This document shows, piece by piece, positions 37,770 to 47,477 of a DNA stretch of 54,810 nt. Source of the stretch: Candidatus Altiarchaeota archaeon (GTDB taxonomy: Archaea; Altiarchaeota; Altiarchaeia; IMC4; SCGC-AAA252-I15). Every line of letters begins with the position of its first letter. The stretch's first letter is position 1. The stretch spans positions 1 to 54,810 of the forward strand of contig JAZDMS010000029.1 of assembly GCA_043800705.1 (NCBI GenBank). The letters are read 5' to 3'. A program made the translations under genes and the position numbers. The notes beneath the pieces were generated by a model. It ran no database searches, was not told the origin of the DNA, and saw only the letters and a program-made list of their open reading frames with translations.

Positions 37770-38201
37770 ATGGAGCATCTCTGGCTTGTTTTCGCCCTGT
37801 TGTCCGCGGTGACGGCGGCGTTCGTCGCGGTCTTCGGGAAGATGGGGCTGCAGGGGGTGGATTCGACCACGGCCACGGCTGTCAGGGGCGTGATAATGGC
37901 GGTCTTCCTGGCCTTGGTCGTCATATGGCAGGGGAAGCTGAGCGAGGTGTCCTCTATCACCTCGAATAGCAGCGCAATGAAGTACATCGTATTGAGCGGC
38001 ATCGCAGGGGCGCTGTCGTGGCTGTTCTACTTCCTGGCCCTCAAATACGGGAAGGTCTCGCAGGTGGCCCCCATCGACAGGCTGAGCGTCGTCTTCGCCA
38101 TGATATTCGCAGCGATCATCATAGGTGAGAAGGTCAGCGTAAAGGCGGGCCTGGGCGCGGCGCTGATAGTGGCGGGAGCGATAGTCATAGCGCTCGGCTG
38201 A
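37770..38201 (+). CDS. EamA/DMT family small transporter
   Basis: GKMGLQGVDSTTATAVR, SWLFYFLALKYGKVSQVAPIDRLS. Confidence 0.9.
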   Translation: MEHLWLVFALLSAVTAAFVAVFGKMGLQGVDSTTATAVRGVIMAVFLALVVIWQGKLSEVSSITSNSSAMKYIVLSGIAGALSWLFYFLALKYGKVSQVAPIDRLSVVFAMIFAAIIIGEKVSVKAGLGAALIVAGAIVIALG

Positions 38202-38284
38202 ACAGGTTCAAAACAGTTGGTGCTGGCTGGAGAGACTTTGTTCGTCGGCTGTCGCGCCTTTTTCGCGATGTTCGGTGGGAGGGA

Positions 38285-39199
38285 TCAGGTCAGCCTTACG
38301 GTCTGCCGGCTTGGAGCCGCCAAGGCCATAATTTCTAGGGGGGTTTTTACCTGGCTCATATCGTATCCAAGCCCTTCATAAAGCGGCTTTAATTCGCTCC
38401 TTTCCAGCCAGTGCTGATACACCCGCCTCTGCCAGACGCTCCATCTGCGGTACTGCTCCTCAGGGTTCTGGGCCTTGTGGGGGTTGTGGTTGTTTATAGG
38501 GTCTTTGGTGAAGACATTCTCCAGGTATTGTCCCTCTTGCGAGACATCCAACCCTGTTAGATCACCGACCATCCTGGCGAACATCTGCCGGTCCCGGGTC
38601 ACGTCCTCCATCCGGTAATTCTTTGCCCAGGGCATCCTGGCGTCGTATGCGAGTTCCATCATTTCACCGCACAGGAAGCAGAAGGCCCGCTCGGAGGGCT
38701 CAAGCACCTGCGGGACTACGAGACGGGAGTACGTTTCCCTGTTCGAAGCCATGTGGCCGTCCTCCATCGCCTGGATGCTCGCCTTGGCCTTGCACTGCTT
38801 CGTCCACATGTTGACCCCGGACGCTATCCATTGGATGGGGTGCCGGACTATGTTCACGGTCCTCAAGGGGGCATCGGCCTGGTGCCGCATCCTGTAGGAG
38901 TCCAATTCCCTGACGACGTAGCCTCCGACGTTTCCGCCGAATAGTTTGCCCGCCGCCGCGGACTGTGCCTTCAGGCCCCTGAGGAACCCTTCGACGCCTG
39001 CTTCGCCCTCCATCGGCTCCTGGTTCGGGTAGAGGGTCCTGAGGTCCGCGATCGTAAGGGGCATGTCCGATGCCTTGCCCCCGAGCCAGTGGCTGCAGTA
39101 TATCTGAGGGTGGGAGTTCAGCGCCCAGGCCATCCACTTCGTCGCGGTATACCCCTGGGATGTGACGAGGAACAGGTTCTCAGCCGGGCCTTCGGTCAT
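38285..39199 (-). CDS. Sulfotransferase-like P-loop protein
   Basis: TSQGYTATKWMAWALNSHPQIYC (5'-PSB-like) and IVRHP (3'-PB-like). Confidence 0.6.
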   Translation of the reverse strand: MTEGPAENLFLVTSQGYTATKWMAWALNSHPQIYCSHWLGGKASDMPLTIADLRTLYPNQEPMEGEAGVEGFLRGLKAQSAAAGKLFGGNVGGYVVRELDSYRMRHQADAPLRTVNIVRHPIQWIASGVNMWTKQCKAKASIQAMEDGHMASNRETYSRLVVPQVLEPSERAFCFLCGEMMELAYDARMPWAKNYRMEDVTRDRQMFARMVGDLTGLDVSQEGQYLENVFTKDPINNHNPHKAQNPEEQYRRWSVWQRRVYQHWLERSELKPLYEGLGYDMSQVKTPLEIMALAAPSRQTVRLT

Positions 39200-39269
39200 G
39201 TTAGATATCTGGATGATTCGGTTAAAAATAGGGTTTAGGAGGTGAGCCGCCCACCTCCTTTGGCCGGAT

Positions 39270-40253
39270 TCAGCAGGTCTTGAACATCTGCCTGAGTTTC
39301 GCGCCGACGGCCTCGATGGGAAGCTTCGCATCATCCGCCCTCATCCTGTTCAGCTTCTTCATGCCGCCGTCGCACTCCTTTATCCACTCCTTCGCGAACC
39401 TGTCCTTCTGGATGTCCTTCAGTATCCTCTTCATCTCGCGCCTGGTGTCCTTGGTGATTATCCTCGGCCCCCTTGTGCGGCCGCCGTATTCGGCTGTGTC
39501 GGAGACGCTCTTCCACATGTATTCCAGTCCGCCGGACTGTATGAGGTCGGTTATCAGCTTCAGCTCGTGGAGGACCTCGAAGTACGCTATCTCGGGCTGG
39601 TAGCCTGCGGCGACGAGCGTGTCGAAGCTTGCCTTTATCAGTTCGGTGCATCCTCCGCAGAGGTCCACCTGTTCGCCGAACAGGTCGGTCTCGGTCTCCT
39701 CCGTGAACGTGGTCTCTATGACGCCGGCCTTCGTCGCCCCTATCGCCTTGGCCAGGGCCAGGACGACCTGCTTCGCCTTTCCGCTGGCGTCCTTTTCGAC
39801 CGCGATTATCGCCGGGGTGCCGAAGCCGTCCTCGTATGTCTTTCTGACGAGTTTTCCGGGGCCTTTCGGCGCGACCATGATGACGTCGACGCCCTTCGGG
39901 GCGACGATGCGCCTGTATCTGATGTTGAATCCGTGGCTGAACATCAGCGTCTTTCCGGGGCCCATGGAGGGCTTGATGTCCCGCTCGTAGACCGCCTTCT
40001 GGTACTGGTCCGGGACGAGTATGTGGATGATGTCGGCCTTCTTCGCCGCCTCTGCGATGGGGTAGACCTCGAATCCGTCTGTCCTCGCGCTCCTGGCCGA
40101 CTGGTCCTCGATGGAGCCGACTATGACCTTCACGCCCGAGTCGCGCATGTTCTGGGCCTGCGGGCTGCCCTGATTGCCGTAGCCGATGATGGCGACGGTC
40201 ATTCCCTGTAAAACGCTCAAATCCGCATCGTCTTCGTAGTATATCTTTGCCAT
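39270..40253 (-). CDS. ilvC: Ketol-acid reductoisomerase
   Basis: IGYGNQG, FSHGFNI, VAPKGPG, ETETDLFGEQ, AYFEVLHE, SDTAEYG. Confidence 0.96.
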   Translation of the reverse strand: MAKIYYEDDADLSVLQGMTVAIIGYGNQGSPQAQNMRDSGVKVIVGSIEDQSARSARTDGFEVYPIAEAAKKADIIHILVPDQYQKAVYERDIKPSMGPGKTLMFSHGFNIRYRRIVAPKGVDVIMVAPKGPGKLVRKTYEDGFGTPAIIAVEKDASGKAKQVVLALAKAIGATKAGVIETTFTEETETDLFGEQVDLCGGCTELIKASFDTLVAAGYQPEIAYFEVLHELKLITDLIQSGGLEYMWKSVSDTAEYGGRTRGPRIITKDTRREMKRILKDIQKDRFAKEWIKECDGGMKKLNRMRADDAKLPIEAVGAKLRQMFKTC

Positions 40254-40302
40254 ATGATCACCTAGAGACTGGTTTAAACTAAATAGAAGGCGCATTTATA
40301 AG

Positions 40303-40475
40303 CGGTTTTCGGCCCGCGGTTTACGGTTTTCGGTTCTCGGTTTTCAGTATTCAGCTCTCGGTTCACGGTTTTCGGTTCTCAGTTCACGGTTCACGGTTTT
40401 CGGTTCTCAGTTCACGGTTTTCGGTCAAAACCGAAAACTGAAAACCGAAAACTGAAAACCGAAAACTGAAAACAG
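40303..40475. repeat. Heptamer repeat array 4 (no adjacent four-helix-bundle gene)
   Basis: (GGTTTTC/GGTTCAC/GGTTCTC)n, a single switch at GGTCAAAACC (~40423), then (GAAAACY)n abutting the stop codon at 40476. Confidence 0.95.
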
Positions 40476-40988
40476 TCAACTGAGTTCGTTCAATCCCGCG
40501 CACCTGTTCCTGAGGCTTGGGTCGGCTATCTTGTCGCATTGGCGTACCGTCATGTAGCAGTCGTCCTGGTTTTCCTCTGGGAGGTCTTTGCAGAAGGATG
40601 CGCCCTCGCCCGGGGCCGGCAATCCGCCGGAGGGTAGGCCTATGCAGTATGTGAGGCCGTGGTAGATGTTTCGTGCGTATTCTCCGGCGTGCTGTTGTAT
40701 CTGGGCGCATCTTTGGAGTTCGCTCTGGGGCAGGTGGATCTGGCCTGTTGCCGCCTTCTTGCACCGCTGATAGACGGATTCGTTCTGCCTCGCCTCCTGG
40801 CAGAGTTGTGTCCCGTTGACTGCGAGAGTCGTGGAGGTGGATGAGGGGGTGGTGGTTGCCGTCGACGTCGTCGTAGTGGAGGGTTCTGCCGGCGTTGCCG
40901 TTGTTGTGGTCGTGGTCTGGACTGTCTCCGTTTCGGTGAGGCATCCGCCCAACAAGGCGAGCATAACAATCGTTAACGCGTTTTGCAT
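40476..40988 (-). CDS. Small Cys-rich lipoprotein with Thr-rich linker
   Basis: LLGGC lipobox-like end, poly-Thr, C-terminal CKDL..QDDCY..CDKI..RNRC. Confidence 0.75.
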   Translation of the reverse strand: MQNALTIVMLALLGGCLTETETVQTTTTTTATPAEPSTTTTSTATTTPSSTSTTLAVNGTQLCQEARQNESVYQRCKKAATGQIHLPQSELQRCAQIQQHAGEYARNIYHGLTYCIGLPSGGLPAPGEGASFCKDLPEENQDDCYMTVRQCDKIADPSLRNRCAGLNELS

Positions 40989-41048
40989 GCGTTTTATTAT
41001 GTGTTCGGCTATATTTGTAGTTGTACGACGGTTTTATGGGGGATTTCG

Positions 41049-41501
41049 ATGGATTTCGTCAGGGATGTGATGGTTTCGAGGCTGTTGACGATACATGGGT
41101 CTGCGACCGTCAGCGAGGCTGCGAAGCTGATGGCGCACCACGACATCGGCTCCCTTGTGGTAGTCCCGGATGGGATGCCGCACGGCCGCAGGCTGCATGT
41201 TTCGGAGACGGGGCTATTGACTGAGCGGGACATTATGGTGAGGGTCGTGGCCAGGGACAAGCCGACGAACATGAGCGTCTTGGATGCCTGTACTAGGTCG
41301 CCGCATTTCATCGACGCGGGAAGCTACATCGCGGACGCCTTTGACTATATCGAGAGGCACGGGATGAGGTGGCTTCTGGTCTCAAGCGGGGACGAGGTGG
41401 TGGGCATCGTGACCCTGAAGGACCTGAACAAGGCCGTGAGGTGCTCGTGCGCCAGGCGCCTCATGGGAGTCCATGAGAGGGAGCATTTTAGGCATGGTTG
41501 A
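41049..41501 (+). CDS. CBS domain pair protein
   Basis: VRDVM, TVSEAAKLM..HDIGSLVV, GLLTERDI, VGIVTLKDL. Confidence 0.88.
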   Translation: MDFVRDVMVSRLLTIHGSATVSEAAKLMAHHDIGSLVVVPDGMPHGRRLHVSETGLLTERDIMVRVVARDKPTNMSVLDACTRSPHFIDAGSYIADAFDYIERHGMRWLLVSSGDEVVGIVTLKDLNKAVRCSCARRLMGVHEREHFRHG

Positions 41502-42141
41502 GCGCAGCGGCCTCCTGTTCGAGGCGGTTTTTCACCTTTTTCATCGTCACTAGGTCGTAGCGTTCCATCTCGTCCAGTTTTATGGCGATCTCGTTCTGCG
41601 ATTCCTGTAGCCAGGGGATGACTATGTAGTCGAGGGCGTTGACCCTCCGTTTGGTCTTCTCCACCTCCTTCAAGAGGCGCTTCACGGACACCTCCTTTTC
41701 GGCCAGTTCGAGTATCAGCTCCAGGGTCTTCTCGAAGTTTGCCGCGGTTTCGTCGATCTTCGCTGAGGAGTATGCCATCCCGTATCCCCGTTCCCTGATC
41801 CTCCTGCCATGGCGGGCCCGGTTAACGGCGGGGACCTTGACGCCCATGACGTTTCTTGCAGTGACCTCCACTTCCTGGGCCTTCGAGGTGGACATTGCGA
41901 TGTTTTCCAGTTCGAGGACGTGGTGGTAGGACTGCGCCGCCTGAAGGGACGCATAGGATCTGCGCACCTGTTCGTTGAGCCTGTCCCTGATGCCGAGGGT
42001 CGGGTGGAGGATCGCCATCAGCTCGAGGATGAGTACGTCCCTCTTCTGTTTCAGGAGCTGGTAGCCCTTCTTGGCGAGGGCTATCCTGTCCTTGAGTCCC
42101 ATCAGTTCCATCCGTGTCGGGTTGAGCTGTTCGCCGGTCAT
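41488..42141 (-). CDS. atpD: A/V-type ATP synthase subunit D
   Basis: [23 protein letters not shown]. Confidence 0.93.
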   Translation of the reverse strand: MTGEQLNPTRMELMGLKDRIALAKKGYQLLKQKRDVLILELMAILHPTLGIRDRLNEQVRRSYASLQAAQSYHHVLELENIAMSTSKAQEVEVTARNVMGVKVPAVNRARHGRRIRERGYGMAYSSAKIDETAANFEKTLELILELAEKEVSVKRLLKEVEKTKRRVNALDYIVIPWLQESQNEIAIKLDEMERYDLVTMKKVKNRLEQEAAALNHA

Positions 42142-43511
42142 GTCCTCTTTTTCAGGTATTTTTGGAGGTGTTCCTTCGGAATCCGCTTCAGGCTCGTTTC
42201 CGGGAATTCGGCCATCAGCTTCCAGCCGATGTCGAGCGTCTCTTCGATGCTCCGCGCCTCGTATCTTCCCTGCTTGATGAATTCGTTTTCGAACCTGGCC
42301 GCGAATTCCAGGTATCTTCTGTCATCCGGGGTGAGCGCCTCGGCGCCGACGACTTCGCTGAGGCTTCTCATCTCCCTGCCCTCGGCGTATAGGGCGTAGA
42401 GCTGGTCTGAGACGCCTTTGTGGTCCTCCCGGGTCTTGTCCTTGCCTATGCCTTTGTTCATGAGCCTCGAAAGGCATGGCAGGACGTCTATGGGGGGGTA
42501 TATGTTCTTCAGGTGCATGGGGTTTGAGAGCACGATCTGGCCTTCGGTTATGTATCCTGTCAGGTCCGGTATCGGGTGGGTTATGTCCCCTGCGGGCATC
42601 GTGAGGATGGGTATCTGGGTGATGGTCCCCTTGGAGCCTTTCACGCATCCTGCGCGCTCGAATATCCCGGCCAGGTCGGTGTACATGTAGCCGGGGTATC
42701 CTCTCCGTCCCGGGATCTCGTTCCTTGCGCTGCCTATCTCCCTCAGGCTTTCGCAGTATTTTGTGATGTCGGTGAGTATGACGAGGACGTGGTATCCGAG
42801 GTCGTATGCGAGGTATTCCGCCGTCGTCAGCGCCATCCTCGGGGTGACGAGGCGTTCGATGGAGGGGTCCTCCGCGAAGTTGAGGAACATCACGGACTTC
42901 TCCAGGGAGCCTGTCCGCTCCAGGTCGGTGATGAAGAGGTTGGCTTCCTCGTGGGTTATTCCCATGGCTCCGAAGACGACGGCGAAGTCGTCCCTGTCGT
43001 CGGCCACCTTAGCCTGTCTTGCTATCTGTATCGCGATCTCGTTGTGGGGAAGCCCCGCAGCGGAGAAGATAGGCAGCTTCTGGCCGCGGACGAGGGTGTT
43101 CATGCCGTCCAGTGCCGAGATGCCGGTCTGGATGAAGTCGTCGGCTTCCTGGCGGTTGTAGGGGTTTATGCTGCTGCCTTGTATCTCCCTGCGGTCGGAG
43201 GAGAATATGGGCGGGCCGTCCCTGGGGTCGCCCATCCCGTCGAACACGCGCCCGAGCATCTCGTCCGAGACTTTGAGGGTTATCATCTGGCCCGTGAACC
43301 TGGCTGCGGTGGTGTTTATGTCCAGTCCGCTCGTCTGCTCGAAGACCTGGACGACTGCGACGCCGCGTTTCGTGTCCAGTACCTGGCCCTTCCTCTTGGA
43401 GCCGTCGGGGTATGTGATGTATACCAGTTCGTTGTATCCGACGCCTTCTACGTCCTTGACGAAGATGAGGGGGCCGGATATCTCCGACACCGTCCGGTAT
43501 TCCTTAATCAT
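42138..43511 (-). CDS. atpB: A/V-type ATP synthase subunit B
   Basis: [38 protein letters not shown]. Confidence 0.96.
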   Translation of the reverse strand: MIKEYRTVSEISGPLIFVKDVEGVGYNELVYITYPDGSKRKGQVLDTKRGVAVVQVFEQTSGLDINTTAARFTGQMITLKVSDEMLGRVFDGMGDPRDGPPIFSSDRREIQGSSINPYNRQEADDFIQTGISALDGMNTLVRGQKLPIFSAAGLPHNEIAIQIARQAKVADDRDDFAVVFGAMGITHEEANLFITDLERTGSLEKSVMFLNFAEDPSIERLVTPRMALTTAEYLAYDLGYHVLVILTDITKYCESLREIGSARNEIPGRRGYPGYMYTDLAGIFERAGCVKGSKGTITQIPILTMPAGDITHPIPDLTGYITEGQIVLSNPMHLKNIYPPIDVLPCLSRLMNKGIGKDKTREDHKGVSDQLYALYAEGREMRSLSEVVGAEALTPDDRRYLEFAARFENEFIKQGRYEARSIEETLDIGWKLMAEFPETSLKRIPKEHLQKYLKKRT

Positions 43512-45255
43512 CGGGGCCTCCCGCCAGCTGCCCGAATGCCTGGTGCATGTCGTTTATCTGGCCCTTTATCTCCTGCGCCCTGTTCTCGGGGATCCGCTTC
43601 ATGGACGCCATGTCAGCCACGGCCTTCAGCCCCATTATCCGCTCCAGGGGTATGCCCTTGCCGAGGGCCTTCTTTGCCAGTTCGTGGAATTCGAGTATCG
43701 CCTTCAGCATCAGGTGCTGTTTGAGGTACGAGGTGTGGGCTTCGGCGGGCTCGAAGCTGTTCTGCTGCAGGAAGTCCTCTCTCAGCATCGACGCCACCTT
43801 CAGCACCTCCTGTTCGCTTTCCGGGAGCGTGTCCTGGGCGACCAGCTTGACTATGTCCAGGAGTTCCGACTCCTTCTGCAGGAGGGCGATGGCGCGCGTC
43901 CTCATCGCCGTATAGTCGGCGGCGACGTTCTCGTCGAACCAGTGTTCGAGGGATTCGTTGTAGAGGCTGTAGCTCTTCAGCCAGTTGATGGCGGGGAAGT
44001 GGCGCCTGTGGGCGAGGCCGGCGTCGAGGGCCAGGAACACCTTCGTCACCCTCAGCGTCGACTGGGACACCGGCTCCGATATGTCGCCTCCGGGGGGCGA
44101 GACGGCGCCGATTATGGTGACGGAGCCGTACCGGTCCTGCGGCGACTGGCACCTGACCCGTCCCGCGCGGCTGTAGAATTCGGCGAGCCTTCTGCCGAGG
44201 TATGCCGGATATCCCTCCTCTGCCGGCATCTCCTCCATCCTGGAGGAGACCTCGCGCATCGCCTCGGCCCACCTGGATGTCGAATCGACCATCAGGGCGA
44301 CGTCGTATCCCATGTCGCGGTAGTATTCGGCCATTGTGGCTCCCGTGTATATGGAGGCCTCCCTTGCGGCGACGGGCATGTTGGAGGTGTTGGCTATCAG
44401 TATCGTCCGCTCCATGAGGGGCTTGTCCGTCTTCGGGTCGACGAGTTTCGGGAATTCGGTAAGCACCTCCGCCATCTCGTTTCCGCGCTCTCCGCAGCCG
44501 ACGAATATGACTATGTCGGTGTCCGAGAACTTCGCGAGGCTGTGCTGCGTCACGGTCTTGCCGGATCCGAACGGGCCGGGTATGGCGACCGTCCCCCCCT
44601 TCGCTATCGGGAAGAAGGTGTCGATGACCCTCTGGCCGGTGTGCAGGGGCAGCTCCGGGTTAAGCCGCTTGGCGGCGGGCCTGGGGTCCCTGACGCTCGA
44701 GCTCTGGCGCATGAGTATCTCCGTCTCCGCCTGGCCCCCCGCCAGGGTGGCGACGGGCTCGTCTATGGTGAATGAGCCGGCCCGTATGTCCTTCACCGTC
44801 CCCGCCGACCGTGCCATGATCCTGTGCTCTATCATCCCGGTCTCCTGCACGGTGCCTACGATGGTGCCGTAGGACACCTTGTCTCCAGGCTTGAGCACCG
44901 GCTTGAACTCCCATCTTCTGCGGGAATCGAGGGCGCGGGCGCTGATTCCGCGGCCGATGAACCTGCCCGTCTTTTCCGCAAGCTCGCGAAGCGGCCTCTG
45001 GAGGCCGTCGTATATTGAGCCGATGAGTCCGGGGCCGAGTTCGACCGAGAGGGGGTTGCCCGTGGTCTGCACCATGTCTCCTGGTTTGATCCCGCTCGTG
45101 TCCTCGTATACCTGGAGGGTCGCGACGTCGGCCTTCAGCCTGATGACCTCCGCCATCAGGTTCAGTTCGCCGATGCGGACGAGGTCGTATATCTTCGCGT
45201 CCGTCATTCCCTTTGCGACGACCACCGGCCCGTATGCCCTCTCCACTGTCCCCAT
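43504..45255 (-). CDS. atpA: A/V-type ATP synthase subunit A (no intein)
   Basis: [41 protein letters not shown]. Confidence 0.96.
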   Translation of the reverse strand: MGTVERAYGPVVVAKGMTDAKIYDLVRIGELNLMAEVIRLKADVATLQVYEDTSGIKPGDMVQTTGNPLSVELGPGLIGSIYDGLQRPLRELAEKTGRFIGRGISARALDSRRRWEFKPVLKPGDKVSYGTIVGTVQETGMIEHRIMARSAGTVKDIRAGSFTIDEPVATLAGGQAETEILMRQSSSVRDPRPAAKRLNPELPLHTGQRVIDTFFPIAKGGTVAIPGPFGSGKTVTQHSLAKFSDTDIVIFVGCGERGNEMAEVLTEFPKLVDPKTDKPLMERTILIANTSNMPVAAREASIYTGATMAEYYRDMGYDVALMVDSTSRWAEAMREVSSRMEEMPAEEGYPAYLGRRLAEFYSRAGRVRCQSPQDRYGSVTIIGAVSPPGGDISEPVSQSTLRVTKVFLALDAGLAHRRHFPAINWLKSYSLYNESLEHWFDENVAADYTAMRTRAIALLQKESELLDIVKLVAQDTLPESEQEVLKVASMLREDFLQQNSFEPAEAHTSYLKQHLMLKAILEFHELAKKALGKGIPLERIMGLKAVADMASMKRIPENRAQEIKGQINDMHQAFGQLAGGPDD

Positions 45256-45257
45256 TT

Positions 45258-45629
45258 TCAGCTGTTGTGTTTGACCTCTATCCCAAGCGACCGCTTGAGC
45301 ATCCGGCGGAGCGTGTCTCCCCCCTCGCCGCGCCCGTTCTTGTCCGGGATTCCGACGACGATGGGTATAAGTCCCGCCGCAAGCCGCCTGGACAGGGATG
45401 GGCTGACTTTTTCCAGCCTCCCCTGCGCGGCGATTATGACGCTGATACTGTCTTTAGACATCAGCCTGCCCAGCTCCTCGTCGAACCGTCTCTGGTCGCC
45501 CTGGCCGATGACGGAGTGTTCCTTGACTCCGGCCAGCCTGAAGCCGAGCGTCATCGGATAGTCTCCGATCACGGCGACTTCGCGGCGGCTGGCCTGCGAA
45601 GGCTCGGCCTCATAGGCCATCCCTGCCAC
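45258..45629 (-). CDS. atpF: A/V-type ATP synthase subunit F
   Basis: VAVIGD...LGFRLAGV; operon position. Confidence 0.88.
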   Translation of the reverse strand: MAGMAYEAEPSQASRREVAVIGDYPMTLGFRLAGVKEHSVIGQGDQRRFDEELGRLMSKDSISVIIAAQGRLEKVSPSLSRRLAAGLIPIVVGIPDKNGRGEGGDTLRRMLKRSLGIEVKHNS

Positions 45630-46665
45630 CTCCGTAGACGGATTCCCGTACAGTCTCTTCGCCTGCGCCGTATTCTTTTGCGTGGATTATCCGCTGTATC
45701 TTCCGAATTTCGTATTCCTTGACGTATAGGAAGCCGACCAATGCGGCCAGGGACAGTACCGAGATCCGGAAGGCCCGCTTTGCCAGCCGTGCCACGCCCC
45801 CTTGAAGGGCGTCCTCGATGGGGGTTATGGCCCTGTCGCGGCGGTATGCCTCGATGGGGGCCGACAGGTCCATGTCGCTGACCCTTGCCAATTGGGTCGG
45901 CCAGTCCTTCGAGGACATGATGGATTCGAGGTCCTGGATGGTGAGCCTTCCGGCTGGGATGAGCAGACCCCGCACCTTATCGGGGTCCATCGAGCCGTCC
46001 TCCCTTGATCTGACGACGGTCATGATGTTTTTCGCGTCTATGTCGGCTTTCAGCACCTCCTTCACGAGCCTGTCATCCGTCTTCCGGACGGCGTCGTCCA
46101 GGTGCAGGATGTATGATCTGTCCAGCGCCTCCAATAGGGGGGTGATGTCCATGCTGCGTTCGTATTCGGGGAGAGCCTGCAGGGCAGCCCGCCCATACTT
46201 CAGATCCCCCATGTATTTGACGGCCTGGACCACCCCCTGGCTGTTCAGCAGGGGCTCCAGTTCGGCTGCCGTGAGGCTTCCCCCCCTCATTAGGAGCCTG
46301 CCGATCTCCGCCTTGTCCTTTCCGATATGCTTGCCAAGGAGGATGGTCTTCAGGTCCTGTATGTCCCATCTTGCGAGGACCGCCTCGATCACCGCCTTCG
46401 ATCGGACTGGCGTCATATTCAGGACCTTCCTGCAGACCTTCGAGAAATGCGACGATATCGCATGGTCCGCCAGTTCGGCGCCGCTGTGGAGGACCGACAA
46501 CTCGGAGAACTCGGCGGAGTAGGTGGAATCGGCAAGGATCGACAGCGCCGATTCGACGGAATCGGCCCTGATCAGCATCTCCACTGCATCCTCTTCGAGA
46601 AGCTTCGCCGCCAGCGACCGTATCCTGGCGTTGCTGTACCCGTAGGTAAGTGCCCCGCCGATCAT
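45610..46665 (-). CDS. atpC: A/V-type ATP synthase subunit C
   Basis: YGYSNARIR, RWDIQDLKTIL, IDAKNI, KEYEIRKI. Confidence 0.88.
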   Translation of the reverse strand: MIGGALTYGYSNARIRSLAAKLLEEDAVEMLIRADSVESALSILADSTYSAEFSELSVLHSGAELADHAISSHFSKVCRKVLNMTPVRSKAVIEAVLARWDIQDLKTILLGKHIGKDKAEIGRLLMRGGSLTAAELEPLLNSQGVVQAVKYMGDLKYGRAALQALPEYERSMDITPLLEALDRSYILHLDDAVRKTDDRLVKEVLKADIDAKNIMTVVRSREDGSMDPDKVRGLLIPAGRLTIQDLESIMSSKDWPTQLARVSDMDLSAPIEAYRRDRAITPIEDALQGGVARLAKRAFRISVLSLAALVGFLYVKEYEIRKIQRIIHAKEYGAGEETVRESVYGGGRDGL

Positions 46666-47225
46666 CTTCCACCTGCGAAAATGTGGGAGTATATGCGCCA
46701 GGATAGCATGTCCCTGGATTCGTCGTAGAGCGTTTCCATCCTGCCGTCGAGCCTTATGCGGCCGGAGGCGTCCTCGACCATCAGGCCCCCTTCGCAGGGG
46801 ATGAATCCGTGAGGCTTGCGGGGGGATATGATGCCCGCATCCTCCTTCCTGCAGAAGAGCCTGCATCCTTCGCCGAGGTCCTGGGCGGCCAGGTCGGCCA
46901 TGTAATTCATCATCGACCTGTATCCCTCCGTTTCCCGGAATTTCAGGGCCTGGGCCCAGACGGCCTCGAGGTGCCTGTCCACGAGGCCGGCCTTTGCGGC
47001 GTCCATTATCCGCGACGCCTCGTTCCTGGCCCTCGACAGCTCTTCCCGGTTCTCCTTCAGCGCCTCCACGTGCGCCTCCCTCTTTGCCTGCTCCACGATG
47101 ACCCTGGCGTCGGTCTCGGCGTTCGAGACTATGCCCTCCGCTTCGGCCTTGGACCTCTCCATATTCTCCAAGGCCTCCGCTTCCGCCCGCCTCATGACCT
47201 CCTGCACTAGTTTTTCCAGCCCCAT
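46662..47225 (-). CDS. atpE: A/V-type ATP synthase subunit E
   Basis: MGLEKLV, coiled coil, EGGLMVE..GRIRLD. Confidence 0.85.
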   Translation of the reverse strand: MGLEKLVQEVMRRAEAEALENMERSKAEAEGIVSNAETDARVIVEQAKREAHVEALKENREELSRARNEASRIMDAAKAGLVDRHLEAVWAQALKFRETEGYRSMMNYMADLAAQDLGEGCRLFCRKEDAGIISPRKPHGFIPCEGGLMVEDASGRIRLDGRMETLYDESRDMLSWRIYSHIFAGGR

Positions 47226-47235
47226 CCCAGTCAAC

Positions 47236-47475
47236 CTACATGAGTCCCGAATTCAGCATCAGCATTATGGCTATGACGAAGCCGAATATGACTATCGTCT
47301 CCGGGATCACCATGAAGAAGAGTATCTTGCCCTGCTCCTCCGGCTTCTCCGCCAATACGCCCATGCCTGCGCTGCCTATCGCAGCCTGCGCGAGTCCCGT
47401 GCCTATGCATCCGCCCGCTATCGCTATCCCCGCTCCGACCGCTATCAGTCCCATGCTACCCGGATCTACCGCCAA
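47236..47475 (-). CDS. atpK: A/V-type ATP synthase subunit K/c (single hairpin)
   Basis: GLAQAAIGSAGMG..AEKPE...IPETIVIFG; TTG start after AGGAGGTG. Confidence 0.9.
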   Translation of the reverse strand: MAVDPGSMGLIAVGAGIAIAGGCIGTGLAQAAIGSAGMGVLAEKPEEQGKILFFMVIPETIVIFGFVIAIMLMLNSGLM

Positions 47476-47477
47476 TT

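Noticed and set aside
43504-45255. Intein in ATP synthase subunit A
   Set aside because: The length (583 aa) and continuous motifs show no insertion.
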